From NCBI GenBank assembly GCA_965204745.1, contig OZ242010.1, positions 5,088,001-5,152,000 of the forward strand: a DNA stretch of 64,000 bases, written 5' to 3'. This stretch comes from Candidatus Latescibacterota bacterium (GTDB lineage: Bacteria > Latescibacterota > UBA2968). The notes under the pieces were generated by a model, which made no database searches, was not told the origin of the DNA, and saw nothing but the letters and a program-made list of their open reading frames with translations. The position numbers and the translations under genes were made by a program. Positions within the stretch are counted from its first letter, which is position 1. Each line of letters opens with the position of its first letter. This document shows, one piece after another, positions 39,801 to 49,575 of the stretch.

Positions 39801-40267
39801 AAAATCGAACCGCTGTTCAAGCCAAAGCACGCCTTGATGACTTATTTGATCGGGTCAATGAATTTTCTGGAGACCTCGAACTCCAATCTCACTGGGCGAG
39901 ATATTTATGCGTCAGGGTCTCTGGATTTATTGAAATTTCGGTTCGCGCAATTCTCGTCGAATACGCCAAGAAGCAGGCTGCGCCACCCGTAGCCAACTAC
40001 GTTGAACGCCAGTTGAATCAGTTTCAAAATCCCAACATGAAGAAAATATTACAAGTGTTGGGTTCCTTTCGTTCCACTTGGGCAGACGAACTGAAAACCG
40101 CAACCGAAGGCGAATCAAAGGATGCAATTGACAGCATCATAGCGAACAGAAATCAGATTGCACATGGCGAAAACGCGAATATCACTTATGTCTCGATTCG
40201 CCGATATTATCAAAATGCCCTAACCGTAATTGACCTAATCGAAAAGCAATGCGACTCGGCCGACTGA
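39797..40267 (+). CDS. HEPN domain protein (MAE_28990/MAE_18760 / RiboL-PSP-like)
   Basis: SGFIE, RNQIAHG (RxxxxH); ATGA coupling to the DUF262 gene. Confidence 0.85.
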   Translation: MKNRTAVQAKARLDDLFDRVNEFSGDLELQSHWARYLCVRVSGFIEISVRAILVEYAKKQAAPPVANYVERQLNQFQNPNMKKILQVLGSFRSTWADELKTATEGESKDAIDSIIANRNQIAHGENANITYVSIRRYYQNALTVIDLIEKQCDSAD

Positions 40268-40315
40268 CGCCAGCATTGCCACTCCCATCACTTTGCACCT
40301 CAACGAGGAACGTTT

Positions 40316-41068
40316 ATGAGCGATCTCAAGACCATAAAAATCACGGTGTTGCGCTATCGTCCGGAGGAAGAGGACGCGCCGACCGAGCAGACGTACGAGG
40401 TTGAATTTCGGGACGACTGGGTCGTTCTCGACGCGCTCAACCACATCAAAGACCACATCGACGGCACGCTTTCGTTTCGATGGTCTTGCCGAATGGGCGT
40501 GTGCGGGAGTTGCGGCATGATGGTCAATGGCGAACCCAAGCTCACTTGCGCGGCGATGTTGCGCGACTATTATCCCGACGAAATCCGCGTGGAGCCCCTG
40601 GTCAACTTCCCCATCGTCCGCGATCTCGTCATCGACATGACCGACTTTATGGACAAACTCAAAGCGGTCAAGCCGTGGCTCATTCGAGAAGAGGAAAAGC
40701 CCGTGTCTGAGGGCGAATACCGCCAAACGCCGGATCAACTCAAGGATTACAAGCAATTTAGCCAGTGCATCAACTGCATGCTCTGCTATGCGGCATGCCC
40801 GGTGTACGGCCTCGAACACGACTTCATCGGCCCGGCGGCCATCGCGCTCGGCCATCGCTACAATCTCGATTCTCGAGATGAAGGCGCGCAACAGCGGCAC
40901 CACGTCATTGCCAGCAAGGAAGGCATCTGGGAATGTACGTACATCGGCGAATGCTCTGTGGTGTGTCCCAAACACGTCGATCCCGCAGAAGCCATTCAAC
41001 AAACCAAAGTGGCAACCACCACCAACCGCTTCAAATCGCTTCTCATGCCCTGGGGAAACAAACCATGA
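40316..41068 (+). CDS. frdB: Fumarate reductase/succinate dehydrogenase Fe-S subunit
   Basis: [17 protein letters not shown]...CP, CTYIGEC..VCP. Confidence 0.95.
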   Translation: MSDLKTIKITVLRYRPEEEDAPTEQTYEVEFRDDWVVLDALNHIKDHIDGTLSFRWSCRMGVCGSCGMMVNGEPKLTCAAMLRDYYPDEIRVEPLVNFPIVRDLVIDMTDFMDKLKAVKPWLIREEEKPVSEGEYRQTPDQLKDYKQFSQCINCMLCYAACPVYGLEHDFIGPAAIALGHRYNLDSRDEGAQQRHHVIASKEGIWECTYIGECSVVCPKHVDPAEAIQQTKVATTTNRFKSLLMPWGNKP

Positions 41069-41481
41069 CGCCCAACTCCGAAACCAAAACCCATACGCGC
41101 CCCATGTCCAAGACGTGGTGGTTGCACAACCGCAGGTACTTCATGTTCATGATCCGCGAACTCACGAGCGTGTTCGTCGCCCTGTACGTCGTGCTCTTTA
41201 CTATCGAAATCTACCGCCTGACCCAGGGGCCTGACGCACACGATGCGTTCCGCGAATCCCTCACCTCGGCACCGTGGATCGTCTTTCACGTCATCGCCTT
41301 GCTCTTTGCCCTGTACCACAGTTGGACTTGGCTGGGACTGACCGCCAAAATGCAGGCGGCCGGGCCTGGTATCTTGAAAATTGGCAAAAAGACCCTGCCG
41401 CCCATTTTCATCGCATTGGGGGCTTATGGCGGATGGCTCGTTGCGACGCTTGTCGTCGCCTACCTTTTTTTAACGCTTTAG
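41065..41481 (+). CDS. frdC: Fumarate reductase subunit C
   Basis: RPM..TWW....Y..FM.RE.TS, LYHS.TW; 3 TMs. Confidence 0.88.
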   Translation: MTPNSETKTHTRPMSKTWWLHNRRYFMFMIRELTSVFVALYVVLFTIEIYRLTQGPDAHDAFRESLTSAPWIVFHVIALLFALYHSWTWLGLTAKMQAAGPGILKIGKKTLPPIFIALGAYGGWLVATLVVAYLFLTL

Positions 41482-41496
41482 ACCGAGGAGATAGCC

Positions 41497-41859
41497 GTGA
41501 ATTACAAAGAACACAAAAGCGAACCGTTTTGGTGGGGGATGTTCTCGCAAGGCGGGGTGATTGCCGCACTCTTGGTGCCCATCCACATCTTGCTGGGCGG
41601 CGTGTTGATCCCCCTCGGCTGGATAGACCCGGATCTGCTGTCCCATGACCGCCTGACAGCACTGCTCCAAAATCCGCTCGTCAAACTCTACCTCTGCGTC
41701 TTGCTCATCTTCCCCCTCTTCCACGCGGCCCACCGAATCCGATTCACTCTGGTCGAACTCGGCCTCCGCAACCTCGCAGGCGTCCTGCCCTTTCTCTGTT
41801 ATGGCGGCGCCTTGGCAGGCACGGCAATCGTTCTCTACATTCTTTGGGGTCTGTTTTAA
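41497..41859 (+). CDS. frdD: Fumarate reductase subunit D
   Basis: SEPFWWGMFS.GG, LFHAAHRI; 3 TMs. Confidence 0.9.
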   Translation: MNYKEHKSEPFWWGMFSQGGVIAALLVPIHILLGGVLIPLGWIDPDLLSHDRLTALLQNPLVKLYLCVLLIFPLFHAAHRIRFTLVELGLRNLAGVLPFLCYGGALAGTAIVLYILWGLF

Positions 41860-41880
41860 GAATCCTCAGCCATCAACGAC

Positions 41881-41922
41881 AAAAGCCTGACGGACAATCC
41901 ATCCGTCGGGCTTTTTGTTTTT
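41881..41922. terminator. Bidirectional intrinsic terminator
   Basis: AAAAGCCTGACGGA-CAATCCA-TCCGTCGGGCTTTT. Confidence 0.8.
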
Positions 41923-41937
41923 TGCGCGTTCAATTCA

Positions 41938-42678
41938 TCAAGGCGTCGCGCCTGATGATAAAACCAACTTGATCCCAACCCCCAAAATAGCCAACAAAAG
42001 AGAGATGATGATAGGCCCGAAAACGACTTTCAACAACTTCAATTCAGACTTCATCTCTGCCATTTCTTGCTTCATCTCCGCCTTCATTTCCGCCATCTCA
42101 ACTTTCACTTCTGCCATTTCTTGCTTCACTTCTGCCATTTCTTGCTTCACCTCTGCCACTTCTTGCTTCACCTCTGCCACTTCTCGTTTTAACCCTGTGA
42201 CCTCTTGTTGCAATTTTGCGACCTTTTGATTCAATTCTGCGATTTCTCGTTTCATCTCGGCTCTCAATTCTGCGATTTCTTGCTTCATCTCGGCTCTCAA
42301 TTCTGCGATTTCTTGCTTCATCTCAGAGCGCAACACAGCCATATCTCCCCTCAATTCTGCGATTTCTTGTTTGATCTCGGAGCGCAACTCGGCGATTTCT
42401 TGTTTGATCTCGGAGCGCAACTCTGCGATTTCTTGCTTCATCTCGGAGCGCAACTCTGCGATTTCTTGCTTCATCTCGGAGCGCAACTCGGCCACCTCAA
42501 CTTTCACCGCTGCGACCTCTGTCTGCACTTCGGCTCGCAACTCGACCATGTCTTGCTCAGTCGCCAAGTCCTCCAAATCATCCTTGTAGGGAATGACCGA
42601 AGCCGCGGCCGCGGCGATATCTTCATCCACGCCCGCCGCGCGAAATGCCCGATAGACTTCTGCCGTCATCGTACTCAT
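41938..42678 (-). CDS. Coiled-coil membrane-anchored protein, DUF1640/CCDC90-like
   Basis: Head (AFRAAGV.E..A.AAA), neck LATEQDM, 33-bp and 21-bp tandem repeats, C-terminal TM. Confidence 0.85.
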   Translation of the reverse strand: MSTMTAEVYRAFRAAGVDEDIAAAAASVIPYKDDLEDLATEQDMVELRAEVQTEVAAVKVEVAELRSEMKQEIAELRSEMKQEIAELRSEIKQEIAELRSEIKQEIAELRGDMAVLRSEMKQEIAELRAEMKQEIAELRAEMKREIAELNQKVAKLQQEVTGLKREVAEVKQEVAEVKQEMAEVKQEMAEVKVEMAEMKAEMKQEMAEMKSELKLLKVVFGPIIISLLLAILGVGIKLVLSSGATP

Positions 42679-42721
42679 GGTTTATCCTTTCTTTTGAAAA
42701 ACGCCATCCAACCTGCGCGTC

Positions 42722-43732
42722 CTAAGCCAGCAAGAGGCTCAATTTTTTTGCGACGCGCTCTCCCATCTCGATCATGCCGTGATCCCCCGGATGAATCAGA
42801 TCCACGGTCAGCCCGCCGATATTGCTCAGCATCTCCGGCCCTTCGATCAAATGGGCATTCGCGTGCGGGCAACCGGTTACGGCTTCGCGCAATGCCTGCC
42901 TGAAGGACGCGGTCTTGTCGCGCTCGTCCGCATCGCCGCAAAAATCCCGAAAATGCGGATAGATCGTAATGCACCCCACCGGGCGGGCCGCATTCGCGCC
43001 GGCAACCGCCTTGACCATGTACGTCACGCGGTCGGAAAATTCCGCCAAGGAAAATCCCGAACCGACCATATTCACGGACAAAGCCAGCGTCGCCACATCC
43101 CAATCGCCTCGCGCAGCAATATAATCGGCCAACTCGGGTTCGCAATACGCGGACCCGCCCACGCCCAAATTGATCAGATCCGCGCCCAAACGCCAGGCCA
43201 CCTGACTCACATAAGTCAAATGCATGGCCGTGGCAGACGCGCCGTGCGTAATCGACGTGCCATAGCTCAAATACCGCAACTTTGGCAATTCCTCCGCAGT
43301 GGGCGGGCGCACCCCTTCGCCTTGAATACCGTGATAGTGCAAACTCGTATTTCGCAGGGTCAACCGCCACACATCGGTCGAAAAGTGCAAGCCCTGCAAG
43401 GCGTGTGCCTCGATTGCCCGCAACCGCTCGGGATAGGTCAGGGTCAAGGTCCTCGGCTCTTTCCCAATTTGAAATCGCTCGCGGCCTTGAAAGGGGCCAA
43501 AAAACGGAATGACTTCAGCCGATCCCCCCGGACTCGACAGCGTCACATCGACCTCATCGCCCGCGCTCACAAAGCGGATTTCCGCCCCGGCCGGACTCAA
43601 CATCCGATCCTGCGCGCCGGGGTTCAAACACAGCCGCACCGCTTCGGGCACGCGCTGCACCCGCAACCCTGCGCGCCCCTCAACGGCCCGCAATTCGCCC
43701 ACATTGTGAAATTCGACATTGTCGTGAATCAT
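42722..43732 (-). CDS. SGNH/GDSL hydrolase
   Basis: YGTSITHG, NLGVGG, SVN, DLIHP. Confidence 0.88.
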   Translation of the reverse strand: MIHDNVEFHNVGELRAVEGRAGLRVQRVPEAVRLCLNPGAQDRMLSPAGAEIRFVSAGDEVDVTLSSPGGSAEVIPFFGPFQGRERFQIGKEPRTLTLTYPERLRAIEAHALQGLHFSTDVWRLTLRNTSLHYHGIQGEGVRPPTAEELPKLRYLSYGTSITHGASATAMHLTYVSQVAWRLGADLINLGVGGSAYCEPELADYIAARGDWDVATLALSVNMVGSGFSLAEFSDRVTYMVKAVAGANAARPVGCITIYPHFRDFCGDADERDKTASFRQALREAVTGCPHANAHLIEGPEMLSNIGGLTVDLIHPGDHGMIEMGERVAKKLSLLLA

Positions 43733-43747
43733 CAAAAACTCCTCGTA

Positions 43748-45688
43748 TTAATACATCCATGCCTCGCCAGAAGACAAGTCTCGACCGAGGTGTCGCGTTT
43801 TTCCCTTAAAATCAACGGTCAATTCCACGCGGTCATCGCCTGCGCGAAATGCCTCGGGCAATTCGGCTGAAACCTCGGGAACACTCGTCCCGCGATAGGG
43901 CGCGACCACAGTCAAAAACCCGGTGGGCGCGTGATTTTTAAGCGCGAAGCGAAAGGCTTTGCGCGGCACACGCGAGCCATAAGTCCACGCGAACCAACCC
44001 TCTTCTTCGACCACTGACGCCGCGCAATTCCCCGCGGCCTGCACCAGCACATTGGCATCGTCAAATTGCGTCAACGCCCGCTTGCCCGCCGCATCGAGCA
44101 CCACATCCCCCGGCGCGAATTGAAAATGCAAATCCAACTGCCCTTCTGCATCGCCTATCGCCTCATCCAAAAACGCGAAAAACCGCCGGTCGACAAACCA
44201 CACCGAACGCCGGTGGATCAAGTTGGGATACGCCCCATTTTCCACAACCAGCACATCGCCCTCCGCCTCCGAGGCCCACAAGAGATGGCGACCGTCATCA
44301 GCCGTGTCTTTGCCATCCAACGTCAGGGTTTGATGCACGGTCGTCTGCCTGTGCCAAGCGCGACCTTCGGCATCGTGCCCGTACGTGTAAAACCCCGTGT
44401 CCGGCATCAACCAACGTCCGTACGCGTACAACTCAAACGTGCCATTATCGGGCTGATCGTGGCTCGAAATCGCGGGCGGGGAACAGTGCAGTGCCATGTG
44501 AATTTGATCCGGCCCCCAGTCGTCGCGCATCGCGTACAACCCCGCTTCTCGAAAGGCGCGGCTCTTTTGCTCGGGCAACAGGGCGCGGTTCAGGGTGGCA
44601 CGCGCAGCGTATTTGGGGTCGCCCAACAAATCGGTCGCTTCGACAAGCGAATCGTAAAGCGGCCATTTTGACCGATCATCCGTCTCTTTGATCGGACGCG
44701 ACCCATCGCCGAACATCGGCGCGCCCAAATCCGGCGACGCGATCCAAAAAATATAATCGTACATCGAGCGCACGCACGTGCGAAAGGCGTCTGAAATCTC
44801 GATGCCAAAGGCGTCCATGCGACCAAAAATTTCCACCGCATCGCGCAACACGCCTTGGTGATACCCAAAGGACCACTCGCGTTGCACCCCATCGCCCGTC
44901 GTCTGCGCCAGAAAATTTTCCTCCACGCGGGCCAGGGCCAATGCCATCCATTCGTGCGATTCCCGAAATTCCCGGAACGCGTACGCGATATTGATAAACC
45001 CGCGCTGTTCAAACACGGCCTTGTTGTGGATCACCCTCATGGGAATGTGCGCGGTCTTTACCTGATGGTCGTACAGGCTCGCCAGCAACACCCCGAGAAA
45101 CTCAGGCGTAACTGCCTCTGCGTGTACCAAACTGCGAAACGCCGAACAGATATTCGTCGCCCGAATACCCGTTTGGATATCCAGCCACGCAAACCCCTTC
45201 CAATACGTGTAAACCGGATGCGTCGCGGTGTGATTTTCCAACGGGTGTTTTGCAATCCAATCGGTCGTCAACGCGACAAACGCCTCGGCGTATTTCTCAT
45301 CCCGAGTCGCAACATACGCCCGAGCCAGCGGCGCGGCCCAGTAGAACCGGTACACCGCGGCGACCCACTCGATGTCGCCGCGCGGGTCCCATTCCCAATC
45401 GAAATCCTCGCCGTACTTTGCCGCTTCATACGGCCCCCATTGGATAACGCGCTGACAGATATTATCCGCAGTCTCCAAATCAACCGCCCCAGACACCTCC
45501 GCCAGGGGATACTTCGCCCGATAATGATCGCGCAACGCCGCGAGCGCGCCCAGTCGATCATCCGCTTTTGCCGCGGCCAAACCCGTCAGATCCAACTTGT
45601 CCAAAATGCCATCCGGATCGCATGACGCCAGCGGCATCTCCTCGTCAATCCGATCCGCCCATGTGGGATACTCCGTCACTGCACTCAT
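43748..45688 (-). CDS. Heparinase II/III family lyase
   Basis: DGVQREWSFGYH, SSHDQPDNGTFELYAYGR..MPDTG..TY, HQTLTLDG. Confidence 0.9.
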   Translation of the reverse strand: MSAVTEYPTWADRIDEEMPLASCDPDGILDKLDLTGLAAAKADDRLGALAALRDHYRAKYPLAEVSGAVDLETADNICQRVIQWGPYEAAKYGEDFDWEWDPRGDIEWVAAVYRFYWAAPLARAYVATRDEKYAEAFVALTTDWIAKHPLENHTATHPVYTYWKGFAWLDIQTGIRATNICSAFRSLVHAEAVTPEFLGVLLASLYDHQVKTAHIPMRVIHNKAVFEQRGFINIAYAFREFRESHEWMALALARVEENFLAQTTGDGVQREWSFGYHQGVLRDAVEIFGRMDAFGIEISDAFRTCVRSMYDYIFWIASPDLGAPMFGDGSRPIKETDDRSKWPLYDSLVEATDLLGDPKYAARATLNRALLPEQKSRAFREAGLYAMRDDWGPDQIHMALHCSPPAISSHDQPDNGTFELYAYGRWLMPDTGFYTYGHDAEGRAWHRQTTVHQTLTLDGKDTADDGRHLLWASEAEGDVLVVENGAYPNLIHRRSVWFVDRRFFAFLDEAIGDAEGQLDLHFQFAPGDVVLDAAGKRALTQFDDANVLVQAAGNCAASVVEEEGWFAWTYGSRVPRKAFRFALKNHAPTGFLTVVAPYRGTSVPEVSAELPEAFRAGDDRVELTVDFKGKTRHLGRDLSSGEAWMY

Positions 45689-46733
45689 AACCCGCTCCCG
45701 CGTTATTGTGATAGGCTTTGTACCAGGCGACAAAATTTGCGAGTCCGGTTTCGATAGGCGTTGTGGGATTGTATCCCACATCTCGCACCAAGTCCGACAC
45801 CTCTGCCGCATTGTCCGGCACATCCCCGAGTTGTGGAGGCAAATCCACGCGAATGGCTTTTTTGCCCAATAGATCCTCCAAGATGGAGAGAAAATGAACC
45901 AACTCAACGACCTTGCGATTGCCGATGTTGTAAATGCGATACGGGCTTGAACTCGACCCCGGATCCGGATTTTGCCCACGCCACTCGGGATTTGGCTCTG
46001 CGGGCTTTAACAGGGTGCGAACCACGCCTTCGACAATGTCGCTGATGTAAGTAAAGCTGCGACGATTTTTGCCATAGTTAAAAACTTTGACCGGTTGGTC
46101 TTCCAAAATGGCTTTGGTCCACAAGTACGCAACCGCATCTGGACGCCCCCATGGGCCATACGCGGAAAAAAAGCGCAATCCCGTCGTCGCAATGCCGTGC
46201 AGATGGCTATACGTATGCGCCAGCAGTTCATCTGCTTTTTTCGTCGCGGCGTACAAACTGACCGGATGATCCACATTTTGGTGAACGCCATGGGGCGTGG
46301 TGGTGTTCAAGCCATAAACCGAACTCGACGACGCATAGACCAGGTGTTCCACACCGCAATGCCGGCATCCCTCCAAAATATTGAGAAAACCCAGCACATT
46401 GCTTTTGATAAAGGCCGAGGGATTTTCCAGACTGTAGAACACGCCCGCCTGCGCGGCCAGATTGACGACATGGGAAAAGTTCCCTTTGCGAAAAAGGGTT
46501 GCCATCCCCTCTTCGTCTTCAATGTCCAGGCGAACAAATTTGAACCGCTCCATCTCCCTCAACATCGCCACGCGGTCTTCCTTCAGTTGCGTGCTGTAAT
46601 AATCGTTCACATTGTCCACCCCGACCACCGAATGCCCCATCTCGAGCAATCGCTTGGAAAGATGAAACCCAATAAATCCCGCGGCACCTGTTACGAGAAC
46701 GTGCAAGACTTTCTCCTTTTGAATTTTTGTCAT
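45645..46733 (-). CDS. NAD-dependent epimerase (UDP-glucuronate 4-epimerase-like)
   Basis: GAAGFIG, LAAQAGV, ASSSSVYG, YAATK, YGPWGRPD. Confidence 0.93.
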   Translation of the reverse strand: MTKIQKEKVLHVLVTGAAGFIGFHLSKRLLEMGHSVVGVDNVNDYYSTQLKEDRVAMLREMERFKFVRLDIEDEEGMATLFRKGNFSHVVNLAAQAGVFYSLENPSAFIKSNVLGFLNILEGCRHCGVEHLVYASSSSVYGLNTTTPHGVHQNVDHPVSLYAATKKADELLAHTYSHLHGIATTGLRFFSAYGPWGRPDAVAYLWTKAILEDQPVKVFNYGKNRRSFTYISDIVEGVVRTLLKPAEPNPEWRGQNPDPGSSSSPYRIYNIGNRKVVELVHFLSILEDLLGKKAIRVDLPPQLGDVPDNAAEVSDLVRDVGYNPTTPIETGLANFVAWYKAYHNNAGAGYECSDGVSHMGGSD

Positions 46734-46778
46734 CTACCCCTTGGGCGAGCACGGACACATGGCCTCAATAAACGACTA

Positions 46779-48923
46779 TCACCCGCTTTTGAACAACAAG
46801 TTTATCGCCGCGCTTTGAAGGGGTTGCAACCTCATGGACACGCCGCGCTCCCCGAGCGCGACCCTGATCGGCGCGGCGCGATCTGCTGTAAATCGATACG
46901 TATCGTACACCGGCGCAAGATCGATACGGTCCAACAAAACATCCGGCAAGTGATCTATCGGACAGACGATTTCCCGCGCGGATTGCGGATCCAAATTGTG
47001 CGCCACCAACAGCCCAGAACGCCGCGTATAACGCGCATAAGCGAGCACCCGGTCTTCGGGATCGACATGGCGAAAAAAGTAAATATGCCCGGTTCGCAAC
47101 GCATCCTCTCGCCCGACAAATTCGCGCAACGCCCGGTATGCGGCAAGGGCTTCGGGTTCTCGCTGTGCCCATTCGGGATGCAACAACGTGGGCATCTCAA
47201 AATCCGTGCGTGCCTCTTCGCCCCATTCCGAACCCCATTCCAGCGCGTAGGCCAAATTCACGCACCGCGCCGTGCCCGCAGTCGCATCGATCAGCGAACA
47301 CTGGATATTTCGCAACAGTGCCATCGCGCGGGCCTGCGCTATGCCGCGCTCCTCATGGCGTTCTCGCCAAATTTTCGTCGCGCGCGGGCTGTCGTGATTT
47401 TCAAAATAGGCCATTGCCACCGTGCGCGGGGCGAACGCGCCAAACAGGTGCTCTAAAAACTCGACATACTGGCTGCCGTATTCCGCGTCTCGATGAAGAT
47501 CCACCAGCAAGGCGTAGATCATATCCACGGGCACATCCGCGGCTTCGCCCATCTCGCACAGGGTTTCGCCCACCACAATCGCGTCGGGTTTGACCGCATT
47601 GATGCGGTTTTTGATCTGCTTCAAAAACGGCCGATCCACGGTTTGGCTCGCGTCGATCCGCACCCCGTCCAAATCGCACGTCCGCATCCAAAACGGCGCG
47701 ATGCCCGACAGATAATTTTGCAAGGGCTTGTTGAACCGCAACTTGAGCAATGCCACATCCGAATACTCCAACCAGGCGATCTGATGAATTTTGGGCCGTC
47801 CGCGCTCATCCATCACATACCAATCCGGGCGTTGCGCGATCAGCGGACAATCCCGGCTCGTCTGCATCAGGACCAAATCGAAAATCACCTGCTTGCCCAA
47901 GGCGTGTGCCCGGCGCGTGAGTTGGCGCAATTCCGCACGCCCGACCAACTGCACCAGCGCGTCGCGCCCAGTCCAATCGACCAATTCCTTAAACGTGCGA
48001 AAATGGTTAAAATCATCGACTTTACGCAATCGCAACAACTGCCGCTCGTGCAACGAGGTCTGCAAATCCAGATCGACGATCAATCCCTCGCCCACCAGCG
48101 CGAGCAGATCCACCTCCTCTGGCGGTGTGACCAGCGCGGGATCGATCCGAAAAAAATCCCGCACCGCATACACACTGCCCAGCGCGCCTTTACGCACATC
48201 GCAAGCCGTGTGCAAATCGCCAAACCCCGGTTCAAAAAAGGGCAGCAAATACACCACATCCGTCGTTATATCCTCGAGACGCGCGGTCACATCGCAAAAC
48301 CTGCCGCTCACAAATTGCCCATCCGCGTCGATGCGCGCCCCCACTTTTCGCACGCACACCTCCGTAATCGAAGGGCACTGGCGAATCCGCTCTGGGCTGA
48401 TGGTGATGACGCCATCCCGGTTCAACGCAATATCATCGACCGAAAGCCACGCCTTTGCCGCATCTGACCAGGGCTTCTCATCCGCAGAAAACTCGACCGT
48501 ATAGTGAAACACACCCGTCTGCTCAATCGGAATCACGTCCGATTCAAACGCCAAATTATTCCCGGAAAGCACGGGAACGCCCGCCCGATCCACGACGAGA
48601 TGCATGGGCACATGAAAACCCGCGCCCGTGCAAAACTGACCGCGCTCATCCACAAAGCCGCGCTCATTCGCATCGGTCCACAACCGGACGTCAATATCGC
48701 CAGCGCGACACGCGGACAAATCCATCCCCGCGACAAACAACTCGGCGTGAACCCGCGCTTCAACCGCGCCATCGCGCTGCAAAAACGCCCGCGCCATCGC
48801 CGGCCCGTACCACAGACCATCCAACGCAACCGCCATGTTCCCGGCCCACACATCCGCATTGTCATAAGCCTGAACCGCGTATTGATCGTGCAATTTGTAT
48901 TTCAATTCCAAACGCTTCCCCAC
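46779..48923 (-). CDS. Alpha-amylase (GH13) family protein with atypical N-terminus
   Basis: GSVYAVRDF, DGVRIDAS (nucleophile), VGET, FENHDSPR. Confidence 0.85.
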   Translation of the reverse strand: MGKRLELKYKLHDQYAVQAYDNADVWAGNMAVALDGLWYGPAMARAFLQRDGAVEARVHAELFVAGMDLSACRAGDIDVRLWTDANERGFVDERGQFCTGAGFHVPMHLVVDRAGVPVLSGNNLAFESDVIPIEQTGVFHYTVEFSADEKPWSDAAKAWLSVDDIALNRDGVITISPERIRQCPSITEVCVRKVGARIDADGQFVSGRFCDVTARLEDITTDVVYLLPFFEPGFGDLHTACDVRKGALGSVYAVRDFFRIDPALVTPPEEVDLLALVGEGLIVDLDLQTSLHERQLLRLRKVDDFNHFRTFKELVDWTGRDALVQLVGRAELRQLTRRAHALGKQVIFDLVLMQTSRDCPLIAQRPDWYVMDERGRPKIHQIAWLEYSDVALLKLRFNKPLQNYLSGIAPFWMRTCDLDGVRIDASQTVDRPFLKQIKNRINAVKPDAIVVGETLCEMGEAADVPVDMIYALLVDLHRDAEYGSQYVEFLEHLFGAFAPRTVAMAYFENHDSPRATKIWRERHEERGIAQARAMALLRNIQCSLIDATAGTARCVNLAYALEWGSEWGEEARTDFEMPTLLHPEWAQREPEALAAYRALREFVGREDALRTGHIYFFRHVDPEDRVLAYARYTRRSGLLVAHNLDPQSAREIVCPIDHLPDVLLDRIDLAPVYDTYRFTADRAAPIRVALGERGVSMRLQPLQSAAINLLFKSG

Positions 48924-49204
48924 ATATCCTCCCGCTGAATCGCGTGTTCACAACGCGAACAATATACGGCAAATCGATGTTTTTAGCCATGAGCTTTCGG
49001 CCTCCAAGTTCGCGCTGACCGCTGATTGCTTGGGCGGTGGCGGGGCGGTCTCACCTCTTCCGTCTCCCCTCTCACCGAAGGGGGGTTGGGCGGTGCGGGA
49101 ACTTAATACGCATTTAATAGCCAAGAAACCGCAAAGAAATATCCACCCGATATATTTCTGCCCGTCAATTTACGCCACCCCAACCATTTTAGGGAGGAGT
49201 TCAG

Positions 49205-49543
49205 ATGAAACTCATCACAGCAGTCATCCAGCCGCACAAGCTGGACGATGTGCGCGCAGCATTGGGCGACATCGGCATCCAAGGCATGACCGTCACCGAG
49301 GCACGGGGCTTTGGACGCCAAAAAGGGCATCGAGAAGTTTATCGCGGTGCCGAATACGTCGTCGATTTTTTGCCCAAAGTCAAGTTGGAGATCGCCATCG
49401 CTGACGACGTGGTCGACCGCGCCATCGATGCGATTGAAAACGCCGCCAAAACCGGCAATGTGGGCGACGGGAAAATTTTCGTCATGGATTTGGGACAGGC
49501 CGTTCGCATTCGCACAGGCGAAACCGGGCCAGACGCGCTGTAA
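49205..49543 (+). CDS. glnK: P-II nitrogen regulator
   Basis: GFGRQKGH.E.YRGAEY, TG..GDGKIF, RIRTGE; adjacent to amtB. Confidence 0.96.
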   Translation: MKLITAVIQPHKLDDVRAALGDIGIQGMTVTEARGFGRQKGHREVYRGAEYVVDFLPKVKLEIAIADDVVDRAIDAIENAAKTGNVGDGKIFVMDLGQAVRIRTGETGPDAL

Positions 49544-49575
49544 GGTACCACCCTTCATCTCAATAGGAGAACACG

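Noticed and set aside
42050-42500. 33-bp and 21-bp tandem repeats as CRISPR or non-coding VNTR
   Set aside because: No spacers; in-frame coding repeats of a coiled coil
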